Positions 1 through 9,895 of a DNA stretch of 64,000 bases are shown piece by piece (positions within the stretch are counted from its first letter, which is position 1; the number at the start of each line of letters is the position of its first letter). Both the position numbers and the translations under genes were made by a program. This DNA is from an uncultured Actinomycetes bacterium (lineage in GTDB: Bacteria; Actinomycetota; Thermoleophilia; Gaiellales; Gaiellaceae): NCBI GenBank assembly GCA_963737615.1, contig CAVTTI010000020.1, positions 3,322 through 67,321 of the forward strand. The letters are read 5' to 3'. The notes beneath the pieces were generated by a model, which had not been told where the DNA came from, made no database searches, and saw only the letters and a list, made by a program, of their open reading frames with translations.

Positions 1-156
1 CGTTCGCGCGTGCCCCGGGTCGATGCAGACAAGGGGGGCGGGCGGGGGGACGGCATCGGTTGAGAGCGGGACCGAGAGCACGAACGAAGGGTAGCGTCGA
101 GCCGAGACCGCTTCGAGCTTGACATTCCGGGAGCGCGACTCCTATCCTGCGCCCCG

Positions 157-176
157 TTGTAAGGTACGCCTTACAA
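157..176. promoter_or_regulatory. Perfect inverted repeat TTGTAAGG-tacg-CCTTACAA; candidate repressor operator upstream of the iron permease gene
   Basis: Read directly: the 8-nt arms are exact reverse complements. It lies about 35 nt upstream of the TTG start at 211 and just before the GAAGGAG Shine-Dalgarno at 197-203. Regulator identity unknown. Confidence 0.4.
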
Positions 177-210
177 GACTGAGCGGAACTCAACACGAAG
201 GAGAACGACT

Positions 211-1038
211 TTGGGTGCGGCGCTCGTAACGACCCGGGAAGGCCTCGAGGCCTCCCTCATCGTCGGGATCGTCCTGGCGTATCTCGCGAAGACGGACAAC
301 CGCCAGCACTTCCGGACGATCTGGGCCGGCACCGCAGCCGCCGTACTCGTCTCGGCGGTGTCGGGCGCAGCGCTCTTCTTCACAGTAGGAGAGCTCGAAG
401 GCCGGGCCGAGCAGATCTTCGAGGGCGTCGCGATGCTTTCTGCCGTCGCGGTTCTCACCTGGATGATCTTCTGGATGCGGAAGCAGGCGATGGGGATCAA
501 GCGTGAACTCGAGGCTCGCCTCCAGGGCGCGATCGCGGCCGGTTCCGCCGTCGGGCTAGCATCTGTCGTCTTCTTCGCGGTCGTACGGGAGGGATGGGAG
601 ACGGCGCTCTTCCTCTTTGCGATCAGCGAGAGCTCGACGCCACTCTCCACCAGCGTCGGGGCGGTCATCGGCCTGGTCGTCTCGATCTCGCTCGGTGTCG
701 CCCTCTACATGGGATCGCGAAGGCTGAACCTGCGCCAGTTCTTTACGGTGACGGGAATTCTTCTGATCGTGTTCGCCGCCGGCCTCCTCGCCCACGGGAT
801 CCACGAGTTCCAGGAAGCCGGCCTCTTGCCCCTGACCGTCGAGCACGTCTGGGACACGAACGGGATCATCAGCGAGGACTCGAGCTCCGGTCTTTTCCTG
901 AAGGCCCTCTTCGGCTACAACGGGAATCCCTCGCTGCTCGAGGTAGTCGCGTGGCTCTCGTACCTCGTCGTCGCGCTGACGTTTTTCCTGCGGCCCATGG
1001 TGACCTGGCGGCGGCAGCCCGCTCCCGCGCGGGTCTGA
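211..1038 (+). CDS. FTR1/EfeU-family high-affinity iron permease
   Basis: 275-aa polytopic membrane ORF with two RExxE motifs (TREGLEASL near the N-terminus, VREGWETAL mid-protein) typical of FTR1 permeases. SD GAAGGAG lies 7 nt upstream of the TTG start. Confidence 0.85.
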   Translation: MGAALVTTREGLEASLIVGIVLAYLAKTDNRQHFRTIWAGTAAAVLVSAVSGAALFFTVGELEGRAEQIFEGVAMLSAVAVLTWMIFWMRKQAMGIKRELEARLQGAIAAGSAVGLASVVFFAVVREGWETALFLFAISESSTPLSTSVGAVIGLVVSISLGVALYMGSRRLNLRQFFTVTGILLIVFAAGLLAHGIHEFQEAGLLPLTVEHVWDTNGIISEDSSSGLFLKALFGYNGNPSLLEVVAWLSYLVVALTFFLRPMVTWRRQPAPARV

Positions 1039-1077
1039 GCACCTGATCGGACGTAGGTCGCACCGCCCGGACGGGGG

Positions 1078-1107
1078 TTGACAAACCTACCGACCTCTCG
1101 CCACACT
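1078..1107 (+). promoter_or_regulatory. Candidate promoter TTGACA - 18 nt - CACACT upstream of the leu/ilv operon leader
   Basis: Exact -35 hexamer TTGACA (1078-1083) and a weak -10-like CACACT (1102-1107). The GTG at 1117 would then lie near the transcript 5' end (leaderless). Pattern match only. Confidence 0.3.
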
Positions 1108-1116
1108 GCTTACAAC

Positions 1117-1215
1117 GTGACGAGGCTCGACTTCACCGTTTCTGCGCGCACCGGCTCGGCCGGGGCGCCGCTCTGCCTCGACAGCATTCTCCTCGCCGTG
1201 ATTCTCCCCCTCTAG
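1117..1215 (+). promoter_or_regulatory. Candidate branched-chain-rich leader peptide (32 aa, ends SILLAVILPL) with two downstream hairpins
   Basis: Hand translation GTG1117..TAG1215 gives VTRLDFTVSARTGSAGAPLCLDSILLAVILPL; 7 of the last 9 codons are Ile/Leu/Val. The stop is embedded in hairpin CTCCCCC-tcta-GGGGGAG (1204-1221). A second hairpin GGAGAC-gtgc-GTCTCC lies at 1267-1282, before the SD of the leuA-like gene. Confidence 0.35.
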
Positions 1216-1314
1216 GGGGAGCACGCGACCACGCGCCGCGCAGGCGCACACGCCGACCGGATCACGGGAGACGTGCGTCTCCGGTGCAGGGGTTCAAACC
1301 ACGAGGAGGAGCAA

Positions 1315-2463
1315 GTGTCAGTCCGCAGGATCACGATTTTCGATACCACCTTGCGCGACGGCGAGCAGTCGCCGGGAATCGCGCTCGCGCCCGACGAGAA
1401 AGCGGAGATCGCCGAACAGCTCGAGCGCCTCGGTGTCGACGTGATCGAGGCGGGCTTCGCCGTCACGTCCCCGGGCGACTTCGAAGGAGTGCAGGCAGTC
1501 GCGCGCGTGGTCGAACGCACAACCGTTGCGTCGCTCTGCCGAACCCGGAAGGAGGACATCGACGCTTCGGCCGAGGCGCTCGCGGACGCGCAGCGCTCGC
1601 GTCTCCACGTCTTCCTCGCCACGAGCAAGATCCATATGGAGAAGAAGCTCCGCATGGAGCCGGCCGAGGTCGTCGAGCAAGCCCGCTGGGCGGTCAGCTA
1701 TGCCGCGGAACTCGCGGACGAGGTCGAGTTCTCCTGCGAGGACGCCACCCGCTCCGACCCGCGCTTCGTGGCCCAGATAGCGCGTGAGGCGATCCGCGCC
1801 GGTGCGACCACGATCAACCTGCCCGACACGGTCGGCTACTGCCTGCCCGAGGAGCACGCGTCCTTCCTGCTCGAGGTCCAGCACCTCTGCCCCGAGCTCC
1901 GTGAAGTCTCGCTCTCGGTCCATTGCCACAACGACCTCGGGCTCGCGGTCGCGAACTCTCTCGCCGGCGTGCAGGCGGGCGCGACCCAGATCGAGTGCAC
2001 GCTGAACGGGCTCGGCGAGCGGGCTGGAAACGCGGCGCTCGAGGAGGTCGTGATGGCGCTCAAGGTGCGTCGTTCCGCGTTCGAAGTTGAAACCGGCGTG
2101 AACCCGCGTGAGATCGGGGCGGCCTCCCTTCTCGTCTCGCGGCTGACGGGTTACGCGCTCCAGCGGAACAAGGCGATCGTGGGCGCGAATGCGTTCGCAC
2201 ACGAGGCCGGAATCCATCAGGACGGGATGTTGAAGGACTCGGCGACCTACCAGATCATGGATCCCGAGGAGCTCGGTCTCCGAATGACGCTACCGCTCGG
2301 AAAGCACTCGGGCCGCCACGCCTTCGCGCTCGCGTGCGCCGATCTCGGCTACCGGCTCGAAGGTGAGGGGTTGAACGACGCATTTGCGCGTTTCAAGCGT
2401 CTTGCCGATACACAGAAGCACGTATCCGTCCATGAAGTCTTCACGGAGGTTGGAGTCCGATGA
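1315..2463 (+). CDS. leuA: 2-isopropylmalate/citramalate/homocitrate synthase family enzyme, short form lacking the C-terminal LeuA regulatory domain
   Basis: Motif ITIFDTTLRDGEQSPGIAL plus HCHNDLGLAVANSLAG and HEAGIHQDG (HMGL-like TIM barrel). Start trimmed to GTG 1315, preceded by GAGGAGGAG. The protein ends right after the FKRLAD..K segment, about 382 aa, against more than 500 aa for canonical LeuA. Confidence 0.85.
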   Translation: MSVRRITIFDTTLRDGEQSPGIALAPDEKAEIAEQLERLGVDVIEAGFAVTSPGDFEGVQAVARVVERTTVASLCRTRKEDIDASAEALADAQRSRLHVFLATSKIHMEKKLRMEPAEVVEQARWAVSYAAELADEVEFSCEDATRSDPRFVAQIAREAIRAGATTINLPDTVGYCLPEEHASFLLEVQHLCPELREVSLSVHCHNDLGLAVANSLAGVQAGATQIECTLNGLGERAGNAALEEVVMALKVRRSAFEVETGVNPREIGAASLLVSRLTGYALQRNKAIVGANAFAHEAGIHQDGMLKDSATYQIMDPEELGLRMTLPLGKHSGRHAFALACADLGYRLEGEGLNDAFARFKRLADTQKHVSVHEVFTEVGVR

Positions 2464-3407
2464 CACCGAGCGGGAAGCGCAACTACAGAGTCGCCTGCCT
2501 GGCGGGGGACGGCGTTGGCCCCGAGGTAATGGCCGAGGCCAGTCGCGCAGTCGCCGCGGTCTCTCGCCACCACGGCTTCGCGGTCGAAGAGACGCACGTC
2601 CCGTTTGGCGGCGAGGCGCTCAGCAGGTCGGGGCACCACCTTCCCGCGGAGACGCGGGCGGCGTACGTGGCCGCGGACGCCGTGCTCGTCGCCGCGGCCG
2701 AGGAGCCGGCACTCGCCGGTGTCGTCGCCGAGCTCGACCTTCGCACTCGCGTCACCCGCGTCCGCGCGGCCGGCCAGGTAGACGTCTCCGTCCTCTCACC
2801 GCTCGCAGACGATGCCGCCGAGTGGACGGTCGAGCGTGCCTTCCAGACCGCGGTCGCGGGGAGCGCCAGGCTCGTCTCGGTCGCTTCGGACTCCGGCTGG
2901 AGCTCGCTCGTCGAGCGCGTCTCGGCCCGGTACGACGGCGTCCTAGTCGAGCACCTGGGCGTAGCCGGCGCCGTCCCGCGCCTGGCATTCGAAGCGGAGT
3001 CGGTGGACGTCGCGGTTACCGTGCCGGCGCTCGGCGACGCTCTCGCCGGCATCGTCGCATCGAGCGAGCGCGGACGCCGCGTCGTCGCTCACGGCCTCCT
3101 GGGTCACGGGCCCGGCGTCTTCTCGCCCGGTGACGACGTCGCAAGCGAGGACGCAGGGCAGGGCGTCGCGAATCCTTGCTCGATGCTCCTCGCTGCGTCG
3201 CTCATGCTCGACGAAGGTCTGCACGAGCCGAGTGCGGCCGCGACGCTCGCCGAGGCAGTCGCCGGCGCGGTCGCCGACGGTGCGTGCACGCCGGACATGG
3301 TCGCTTCCGGTGTCGCATCCACGACGCGCGAGTTCATGGACGCGCTGCTTGCAGAGCTTCCACGCCGCGTTACGAACTTCGAGTTCTACCGGAGAGCGTA
3401 CGCCTGA
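2460..3407 (+). CDS. Isocitrate/isopropylmalate dehydrogenase-fold protein with degenerate catalytic motifs
   Basis: N-terminal LAGDGVGPEV and C-terminal ANPCSMLLAASLML match the IPMDH fold. The bona fide LeuB motifs in this window (SVDKANVL, LVDNAAMQ, FGDILSD, HGSAPDIAG) are replaced by SVASDSGW, VEHLGVAG, LGDALAG and FSPGDDVA. The start overlaps the leuA-like stop (ATGA). Confidence 0.7.
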   Translation: MTPSGKRNYRVACLAGDGVGPEVMAEASRAVAAVSRHHGFAVEETHVPFGGEALSRSGHHLPAETRAAYVAADAVLVAAAEEPALAGVVAELDLRTRVTRVRAAGQVDVSVLSPLADDAAEWTVERAFQTAVAGSARLVSVASDSGWSSLVERVSARYDGVLVEHLGVAGAVPRLAFEAESVDVAVTVPALGDALAGIVASSERGRRVVAHGLLGHGPGVFSPGDDVASEDAGQGVANPCSMLLAASLMLDEGLHEPSAAATLAEAVAGAVADGACTPDMVASGVASTTREFMDALLAELPRRVTNFEFYRRAYA

Positions 3408-5131
3408 TGGCCAAGATGCTTGGCTCCGATGCCATCCTCCGCTCGCTCGAGGCGGAGGGCGTGGACGTGATGTTCGGGATCCCCGGCGGGGCGATCCTGC
3501 CCACGTACGACTCGATCGCTCGCGGCACGAGCGTGCGGCACGTCCTTGCCCGCCACGAGCAGGGCGCAGGCCACATGGCCGAGGGATACGCACGGGCTTC
3601 GGGCCGCGTCGGGGTCGCCATGGCCACTTCCGGGCCGGGTGCTACGAACCTCGTGACCCCGATCGCGGATGCCTGGATGGACTCGACGCCTCTCGTTTGC
3701 ATCACCGGCCAGGTTCGAACCAACCTGATCGGGACCGACGCCTTCCAGGAGGTCGATGCCACCGGGATCACGCTCCCGATCGTCAAGCACTCGTGGCTCG
3801 TCCAGGAAGTCGAGGAGCTCCCGCACGTCATGAAGGCAGCCTTCCACGTCGCTCGCACGGGCCGCTGCGGGCCGGTGCTCGTGGACGTGGCCAAGGACGT
3901 CCAGGAAGCGGCCATTGACTTCCGCTATCCGGACGAGGTCGACCTGCCCGGCTGGAAGCCGCCACACAAGGTCAACGCGCGCCAGCTCGGCGAGGCGGCA
4001 CGGGCGATCGCCGCGGCGGAGAAGCCAGTGCTCTATGTCGGCGGCGGCGTCGTGAATGCAGAAGCCAGCGAGCAGCTCCGCGAGCTCGCCGAGGCGGGCG
4101 GGCTGCCGGTCGTGACGACGCTCATGGCGAAGGGCGCTTTCCCCGAGTCGCACCCGCTCCACGCCGGGTTGCCTGGGATGCACGGCTCCAAGTGGGCGAA
4201 CTGGGCCATGAACAAGTGCGACCTGCTGATTGCGGTCGGCTCCCGCTTCGATGACCGCGTGACCGGCAAGCTGACGGCGTTCGCGCCGGGCGCGCAGGTT
4301 ATCCATCTCGACGTTGACGCGGCCGAGATCGGGAAGCTCCGGCACGCTGACATCCCGGTGGTCGGCCCGCTCAAGCTCGCGCTCACAGGGCTCGCCCGCG
4401 AGGTGGGCCGTCTGCGGGAGGAAGGTGCCGAAAGCCCGAGCGTCTGGCGGACGCAGATCGACGAGTGGCGGGACGCTTTTCCCTACCGGTACGACCGTGA
4501 CGGCGACTCCCTGAAGCCGCAGACCGTGCTCGAGACGCTCCGCGACCTCACTGCGGGGCGCGACGACGTCGTCTGGACGACCGGTGTCGGTCAGCACCAG
4601 ATGTGGGCGATGCAGTACCTCGTCTGCGACCGGCCCCGCAGCTTCATCACCTCGGGCGGGCTCGGGACGATGGGTTACGGCGTGCCGGCTGCGATTGGCG
4701 CCAAGGCCGCCCGCCCCGACGCCACCGTCATTTGCGTCGACGGCGACGGATGCTTCCAGATGACGTGTCAGGAGCTCGCGACGGCAGCCCTCGAAGGGCT
4801 GCCGATCGTGACCGTGGTCGTGAACAACGGCTGGCTCGGGATGGTGCGCCAGTGGCAGGAGATGTTCTATGCCGAGCGCTTCGCACAGACCCACCTGACC
4901 CACCAAGTCCCCGACTACGCGATGCTCGCGGAGGCCTACGGGTGTGCCGGGTTCACCGTCGACTCCGAGGACAGGCTCGAGGAGACTCTGGACGAGGCCC
5001 TCACCTGCGGGCGGGCAGCCGTCGTCGATGCTCGGTGCGACCCGGAGGAGAAGTGCTTCCCTATGATCCCCGCCGGCGCCGCCGCGATCGACGTCCTCGA
5101 GTACCCGGAGGGTGAGACGGTCGAAGCGTGA
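3407..5131 (+). CDS. ilvB: Acetolactate synthase (acetohydroxyacid synthase) large subunit
   Basis: ORF 3176..5131 trimmed to ATG 3407 (MAKMLGSDAILRSLEAEGVDVMFGIPGGAILP). The TPP-enzyme motif GGLGTMGYGVPAAIGAK and the DGDGCFQM region are present. The start overlaps the upstream stop by 1 nt. Confidence 0.95.
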   Translation: MAKMLGSDAILRSLEAEGVDVMFGIPGGAILPTYDSIARGTSVRHVLARHEQGAGHMAEGYARASGRVGVAMATSGPGATNLVTPIADAWMDSTPLVCITGQVRTNLIGTDAFQEVDATGITLPIVKHSWLVQEVEELPHVMKAAFHVARTGRCGPVLVDVAKDVQEAAIDFRYPDEVDLPGWKPPHKVNARQLGEAARAIAAAEKPVLYVGGGVVNAEASEQLRELAEAGGLPVVTTLMAKGAFPESHPLHAGLPGMHGSKWANWAMNKCDLLIAVGSRFDDRVTGKLTAFAPGAQVIHLDVDAAEIGKLRHADIPVVGPLKLALTGLAREVGRLREEGAESPSVWRTQIDEWRDAFPYRYDRDGDSLKPQTVLETLRDLTAGRDDVVWTTGVGQHQMWAMQYLVCDRPRSFITSGGLGTMGYGVPAAIGAKAARPDATVICVDGDGCFQMTCQELATAALEGLPIVTVVVNNGWLGMVRQWQEMFYAERFAQTHLTHQVPDYAMLAEAYGCAGFTVDSEDRLEETLDEALTCGRAAVVDARCDPEEKCFPMIPAGAAAIDVLEYPEGETVEA

Positions 5132-5640
5132 CCCATACGCTCTCCGTCCTCCTCGAGAACAAGCCCGGCGCGCTCGCACGGGTCTCGAACATGTTCGCTC
5201 GTCGCGGGTTCAACATCGAGAGCCTTGCCGTGGGGCCGACGGAGCGGCCTGACGTCTCCCGGATCACGCTGCGCGTCGAGTGCGACCAGCATTCGCTCGA
5301 GCAAATCGAGAAGCAAATGCACAAGCTCGTCAACGTGCTCCGGGTCTCCGAGCTCGAGCCGGGGGAGACCGTCGAGCGCGAGCTGGCTCTGATCAAGGTG
5401 GCGGTCACGCCGGAGCGCCGGCCCGAGCTGCTTGCGGTTGCCGACACGTTCAAGGCGCACGTAGCCGACCTCGGCCCCGAGGCGATGATCTTCGAGCTGG
5501 TCGGCCCGCCCGATGTCCTCGACTCGTTCGAGGAGCTCGTCCGTCCCTACGGCGTCAAGGAGCTCGTCCGCACGGGCCGCATTGCACTGCCGCGTGCAGC
5601 CGGCCGCCGCGCCCCCCGTCCTCAGCACGTTCTCCGCTAG
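5128..5640 (+). CDS. ilvN: Acetolactate synthase small (regulatory) subunit
   Basis: [39 protein letters not shown] is the classic ACT-domain IlvN/IlvH N-terminus. GTGA overlap with the ilvB stop. Confidence 0.95.
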   Translation: MTHTLSVLLENKPGALARVSNMFARRGFNIESLAVGPTERPDVSRITLRVECDQHSLEQIEKQMHKLVNVLRVSELEPGETVERELALIKVAVTPERRPELLAVADTFKAHVADLGPEAMIFELVGPPDVLDSFEELVRPYGVKELVRTGRIALPRAAGRRAPRPQHVLR

Positions 5641-5660
5641 GAACCAGGAAAGGAACTCTC

Positions 5661-6662
5661 ATGGCACAGGTCTACCGCGAAGGCAATCTCGACCTGCTGG
5701 ACGGAAAGGTGGCCGTCGTCGGCTACGGAAGCCAGGGGCACGCACACGCCCTCAACCTGCGTGACTCCGGCGTCGAGGTGGAGGTCGGCCTGCGCGCCGG
5801 GAGCGACTCGTGGGAGAAGGCTGAGGGCGCCGGGCTGACGGTTCGCGAGATCGCCGACGCCGTCCGGGGCGCACAGCTCGTCGCCATCTTGCTGCCCGAC
5901 CACGTCCAGAAAGGCGTCTTCGGGGCGGAGGTCGAGCCCAACCTGGAGCCGGGTGCCGCGATCCTCTTGGCGCACGGGTTCAGCGTCCATTTCGGGCAGA
6001 TTGCGCCTGCGGAAGGCCACGACGTGATCATGGTCGCGCCGAAGGGGCCCGGTCACCGGGTCCGGGAGCTGTTCGAGGCAGGCGGCGGCACGCCGGGGCT
6101 CATCGCTGTCGCGCAGGATGCGAGCGGCAACGCTCGCGACCTTGCGCTCGCCTACGGCGCCGCGATCGGTTGCGGGCGCGCCGGCATGCTCGAGACGACG
6201 TTTGCGGAGGAAACCGAAAGCGACCTCTTCGGCGAGCAGGCGGTCCTCTGCGGGGGCGTCACCGCCCTCATGCAGGCCGGGTTCGAGACGCTCGTGGAGG
6301 CCGGCTACCAGCCGGAGATCGCCTACTACGAGTGCATCAACGAGATGAAGCTGATCGTCGACCTGATCTACGAGGGTGGTTTCAGCTACATGCGCTACTC
6401 AATCTCCGACGTCGCCGAGTACGGCGACCTCACCAAGGGGCCGGTCGTGGTCGACGACCACGTGCGCGCCACGATGCGAAAGCTCCTCGAGGACATTCGC
6501 TCGGGTTCCTTCGCCCGCGAGCTGATCGCCGAGGAGGAAGCCGGACGCCCACGCTTCCAGGAGCTCCGCAAAGAGGCCGCGGCCCACCAGGTCGAGGAGG
6601 TCGGGCGGGAGCTCCGGAGCCTCATGCAGCGAGAAGGAACCCCGGCGCGTGAGCTCGGTTGA
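5661..6662 (+). CDS. ilvC: Ketol-acid reductoisomerase
   Basis: ORF 5280..6662 trimmed to ATG 5661 ([37 protein letters not shown]). SD-like AGGAAAGGA upstream. Confidence 0.95.
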   Translation: MAQVYREGNLDLLDGKVAVVGYGSQGHAHALNLRDSGVEVEVGLRAGSDSWEKAEGAGLTVREIADAVRGAQLVAILLPDHVQKGVFGAEVEPNLEPGAAILLAHGFSVHFGQIAPAEGHDVIMVAPKGPGHRVRELFEAGGGTPGLIAVAQDASGNARDLALAYGAAIGCGRAGMLETTFAEETESDLFGEQAVLCGGVTALMQAGFETLVEAGYQPEIAYYECINEMKLIVDLIYEGGFSYMRYSISDVAEYGDLTKGPVVVDDHVRATMRKLLEDIRSGSFARELIAEEEAGRPRFQELRKEAAAHQVEEVGRELRSLMQREGTPARELG

Positions 6663-7938
6663 CGTTCCGGTAGCGCTTCTCGGCTACGGGACGGTCGGCG
6701 CCGCCGTCAGCCGCCTTCTCGAGGACAACGCCGACGATATCGAGCGGGCCACCGGGCACCGGCTTCGCGTGGTGCGCGCACTCGTGCGCGATCTCGAGAA
6801 GGAGCGGGGTTTCACCGCCCCTCCCGGCGTTCTCACGACGCGGTTCGAAGACATGCTCGAGGACGACTCGATCGCCGTGGTCGCCGAGGTGATGGGCGGC
6901 CTCGATCCCACCGGGGAGTACGTCCTCTCGTTGCTTCGCTCCGGGAAGCCGGTCGTCTCGGCCAACAAGCAACTGGTTGCCCGGCGCGGGGCGGAGCTCT
7001 TTCACACGGCGTCCGAGGCGGGGGTCCAGCTTCGGTTCGAGGCGTCCGTTTGTGCTGCGATCCCGGTGATCAAAGTGCTCCGGGAGTCGCTCGTCGTCTC
7101 GAACGTCCATCGTGTCCTCGGAATCGTGAACGGGACGACGAACTTCATCCTCACCGAGATGGAGTCCGGCGCCCCATACGACGAGGCGCTTGCCGAGGCC
7201 CAGCGACTCGGGTATGCGGAGGCCGATCCGACCGAAGACATCTCCGGAGCGGACGCCGCGGCGAAGATGGCGATCCTGGCCACGGTTGCCTTCGGCACCC
7301 GAGTCGAGCTCGCCGACGTCGCCTACGAGGGCATCGAGGGCATCAGGCCCGAGCATGTAACGGCCGCGCGCGAGCTCGATACCGTCGTCCGGCTGATCGG
7401 CGCCGCCACTCTCGTGGACGGCACAGTCGACGTGCGTGTCCATCCAGCGCTGATCGACCGCCACCATCCGCTCGCTGCTGTCGAAGGGGCGTTCAATGCG
7501 ATCATGCTCCAGGGCGACGCCATCCGCGAGATCACCCTCGAGGGCCCCGGGGCTGGTGGTATCGAGACGGCGTCTGCGGTCGTGGCCGACATGGTCAGCG
7601 TCATCGGGACGACCGGCACGGGCTTCCTGCAAAACGACGCCTGCTGGCGCGAGCTCGAGCTGTTGCCGCCTGGAGAGCTCCGCTCCGCGTTCTACGTCAG
7701 GGTGGAGGTCGCAGACCGGCCCGGCGTGCTGGCGCACGTCGCCGAACGCCTCGCGGCCCACCAAGTTTCGGTCGCCCGGCTCACGCAACACCTATTGGAA
7801 GACGGCGCCGTACTCGATATCGTCACCCACGCGGCCCCCGGTGGAAGCGTGTCTGCTGCGCTTGCCGATGTGGCGACACTCGACGAGGTGCACGGCCAGC
7901 CCGAGGCGATGCGCGTGATCTCAGACCGGGGCGTCTAG
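6649..7938 (+). CDS. hom: Homoserine dehydrogenase with C-terminal ACT domain
   Basis: [13 protein letters not shown] Rossmann start, [36 protein letters not shown] motifs. Overlaps the ilvC end by 14 nt. Confidence 0.9.
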   Translation: MSSVDVPVALLGYGTVGAAVSRLLEDNADDIERATGHRLRVVRALVRDLEKERGFTAPPGVLTTRFEDMLEDDSIAVVAEVMGGLDPTGEYVLSLLRSGKPVVSANKQLVARRGAELFHTASEAGVQLRFEASVCAAIPVIKVLRESLVVSNVHRVLGIVNGTTNFILTEMESGAPYDEALAEAQRLGYAEADPTEDISGADAAAKMAILATVAFGTRVELADVAYEGIEGIRPEHVTAARELDTVVRLIGAATLVDGTVDVRVHPALIDRHHPLAAVEGAFNAIMLQGDAIREITLEGPGAGGIETASAVVADMVSVIGTTGTGFLQNDACWRELELLPPGELRSAFYVRVEVADRPGVLAHVAERLAAHQVSVARLTQHLLEDGAVLDIVTHAAPGGSVSAALADVATLDEVHGQPEAMRVISDRGV

Positions 7939-7956
7939 GTCTAGTCTGCAAGCGCG

Positions 7957-8940
7957 TTGACGCTTCCCCTCTCCGATCGATATCGCGACCGCCTGCCGCT
8001 CTCCGACTCGACTCCCCTCGTGTCGCTCGGGGAGGGCTCGACACCGCTTTTGCCGGCGCCCCGGCTCTCGGAGTGGCTGGGGCTCGACATCCTTCTCAAG
8101 TGGGAGGGCGCGAACCCGACCGGCTCCTTCAAGGATCGCGGCATGACGATCGCGATCGCGAAAGCCCTGGAGGAAGGCGCGGACGCGGTCGTCTGCGCCT
8201 CGACCGGGAACACAGCCGCGTCCGCCGCGGCCTACGCGGCCAGGGCCGGGCTCTCCGCGGTCGTCCTCCAGCCCGCCGGGGCCGTCGCATCGGGAAAGCT
8301 GGCGCAAGCCCGGGCGCTCGGTGCAAGGCTGCTCGAGGTGCAGGGCTCCTTCGACGACGCTCTCGATTCGGCCCGTGAGCTCGCTGGACGGGGCACGCAC
8401 GTGCTCGTGAACTCCCTGAACCCGCATCGCCTCGAGGGTCAGAAGACGGCAGCCTTCGAGATCGCGGAGGAGCTCGACGGGCCACCCGACGTCCTGGCGC
8501 TCCCCTACGGCGGCGGCGGGAACACGTGCGCCTACGCAAAGGGCTTTGCCGAGTGGGGAGCAGACGAGCCGAGGCTCCTTGCCGTCCAGTCCGGCGATCG
8601 GGCGCAGACCGTAGCCTCCGCGATCCGGATCAGGGATCCGGTTCACGCCGCCGGCGTGGCCGAGGCAATCGAGCGCTCTAAAGGCAACGTGGTCACCGTC
8701 TCCGACGACGAGATCCTTGCCGCCTGGCGCTTCCTCGCGCGCGAGGAGGGTGTCTTTTGTGAGCCGGCCTCGGCGGCCGCACTCGCCGGAGTCGAGGCGT
8801 CCGGGCTGGCGTCGGGCACGCGCGTCGTGTGCGTGATCACGGGCCACGGCTTGAAAGACCCGGAGACCGCCGCTCGGGAGTCTCCGGCTGCCACGGCCGT
8901 CTATGCGGACGTCACTTCGATCGCCGAGGCTGCGGCATGA
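7957..8940 (+). CDS. thrC: Threonine synthase (short type)
   Basis: LGEGSTPLL...KWEGANPTGSFKDRGMT (PLP lysine motif) and ASTGNTAASAAAYAA. TTG start. Confidence 0.9.
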   Translation: MTLPLSDRYRDRLPLSDSTPLVSLGEGSTPLLPAPRLSEWLGLDILLKWEGANPTGSFKDRGMTIAIAKALEEGADAVVCASTGNTAASAAAYAARAGLSAVVLQPAGAVASGKLAQARALGARLLEVQGSFDDALDSARELAGRGTHVLVNSLNPHRLEGQKTAAFEIAEELDGPPDVLALPYGGGGNTCAYAKGFAEWGADEPRLLAVQSGDRAQTVASAIRIRDPVHAAGVAEAIERSKGNVVTVSDDEILAAWRFLAREEGVFCEPASAAALAGVEASGLASGTRVVCVITGHGLKDPETAARESPAATAVYADVTSIAEAAA

Positions 8941-9076
8941 GCGTCGCTCGCCTCCGGCTCGCTCCCGCGGCGGAGACCATGCTTCCCCCCCGAGCTTCCT
9001 CCTTGCAGTCTGACGTCGAGGAACCTCCCGGTTCTCCCGCACCCCCTCCACGCGCTCATCGGCCGAAGGGCGGCCG

Positions 9077-9895
9077 GTGAGCATCCGCGTACGCGCCCCC
9101 GCATCGACCGCGAACGTGGGCCCCGGGTTTGACGCGGCGGCGGTTGCGTTCGACCTCTGGAACGAGCTCGAGATCTCAGAGGCGAACGGTGCCGCGCCAG
9201 ACTTTGGCCATCTCGGCGTCCGCGCCTTCGCCCGCGTGACTCCCGCGGAGAACTGGGCGTTCGCCTTCACCACCCGAATCCCCCGTGAACGCGGGCTCGG
9301 CTCGAGCGCGTCCGTGATCGCGCTCGGCCTCGTGGCTGGAACACTGGCCGCGGGAGGTGAGCCCGACCCCGAGGAGCTGCTCGCGGTCGGGATGAAGCTC
9401 GAAGGCCACCCGGACAACCTCGCCGCGGCACTGGCGGGTGGCGTGTGCCTCACGTGGTCCGGGCGCATCGCGCGGATCGCCGACGACGTTCCGGCCGTCC
9501 CGATCGCGATCGTTCCCGAGGAGACGCTCGCCACCTCTACGGCTCGAACCAGCCTTCCGAGCACCGTTCCACACCGCGACGCCGCTTTCACCGTTGGCCG
9601 CGCGGCTCTGCTCGGCGCGGCTCTTGCGTCCGGCTCGGCCGACCTCCTCGCGGCCTCACTCGCCGACCGGATCCACGAGCCCTACCGGGTGGCCCGCGCG
9701 CCCCTCCTAACGGCCGTTCGCGAACGGCTCCCGAGCGGGGCACTCGGCGTCTCGCTCTCCGGCTCCGGCCCGTCCGTCGTCGTCTGGGCGCGCCGCGAAG
9801 ACGCGAAGGCGTGTGAGGCGGAGCTTCGAGCGCGCTTCCCTCAGACGGACGTGATGCCGCTAGGAGTCGCGGGCCAGGGGGCAGGGCGGGTATGA
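9077..9895 (+). CDS. thrB: Homoserine kinase
   Basis: [17 protein letters not shown] and GLGSSAS (GHMP kinase motif). Confidence 0.9.
   Translation: MSIRVRAPASTANVGPGFDAAAVAFDLWNELEISEANGAAPDFGHLGVRAFARVTPAENWAFAFTTRIPRERGLGSSASVIALGLVAGTLAAGGEPDPEELLAVGMKLEGHPDNLAAALAGGVCLTWSGRIARIADDVPAVPIAIVPEETLATSTARTSLPSTVPHRDAAFTVGRAALLGAALASGSADLLAASLADRIHEPYRVARAPLLTAVRERLPSGALGVSLSGSGPSVVVWARREDAKACEAELRARFPQTDVMPLGVAGQGAGRV

Noticed and set aside
3386-5179. 597-aa minus-strand ORF
   Set aside because: Antisense to ilvB, with no family signature.
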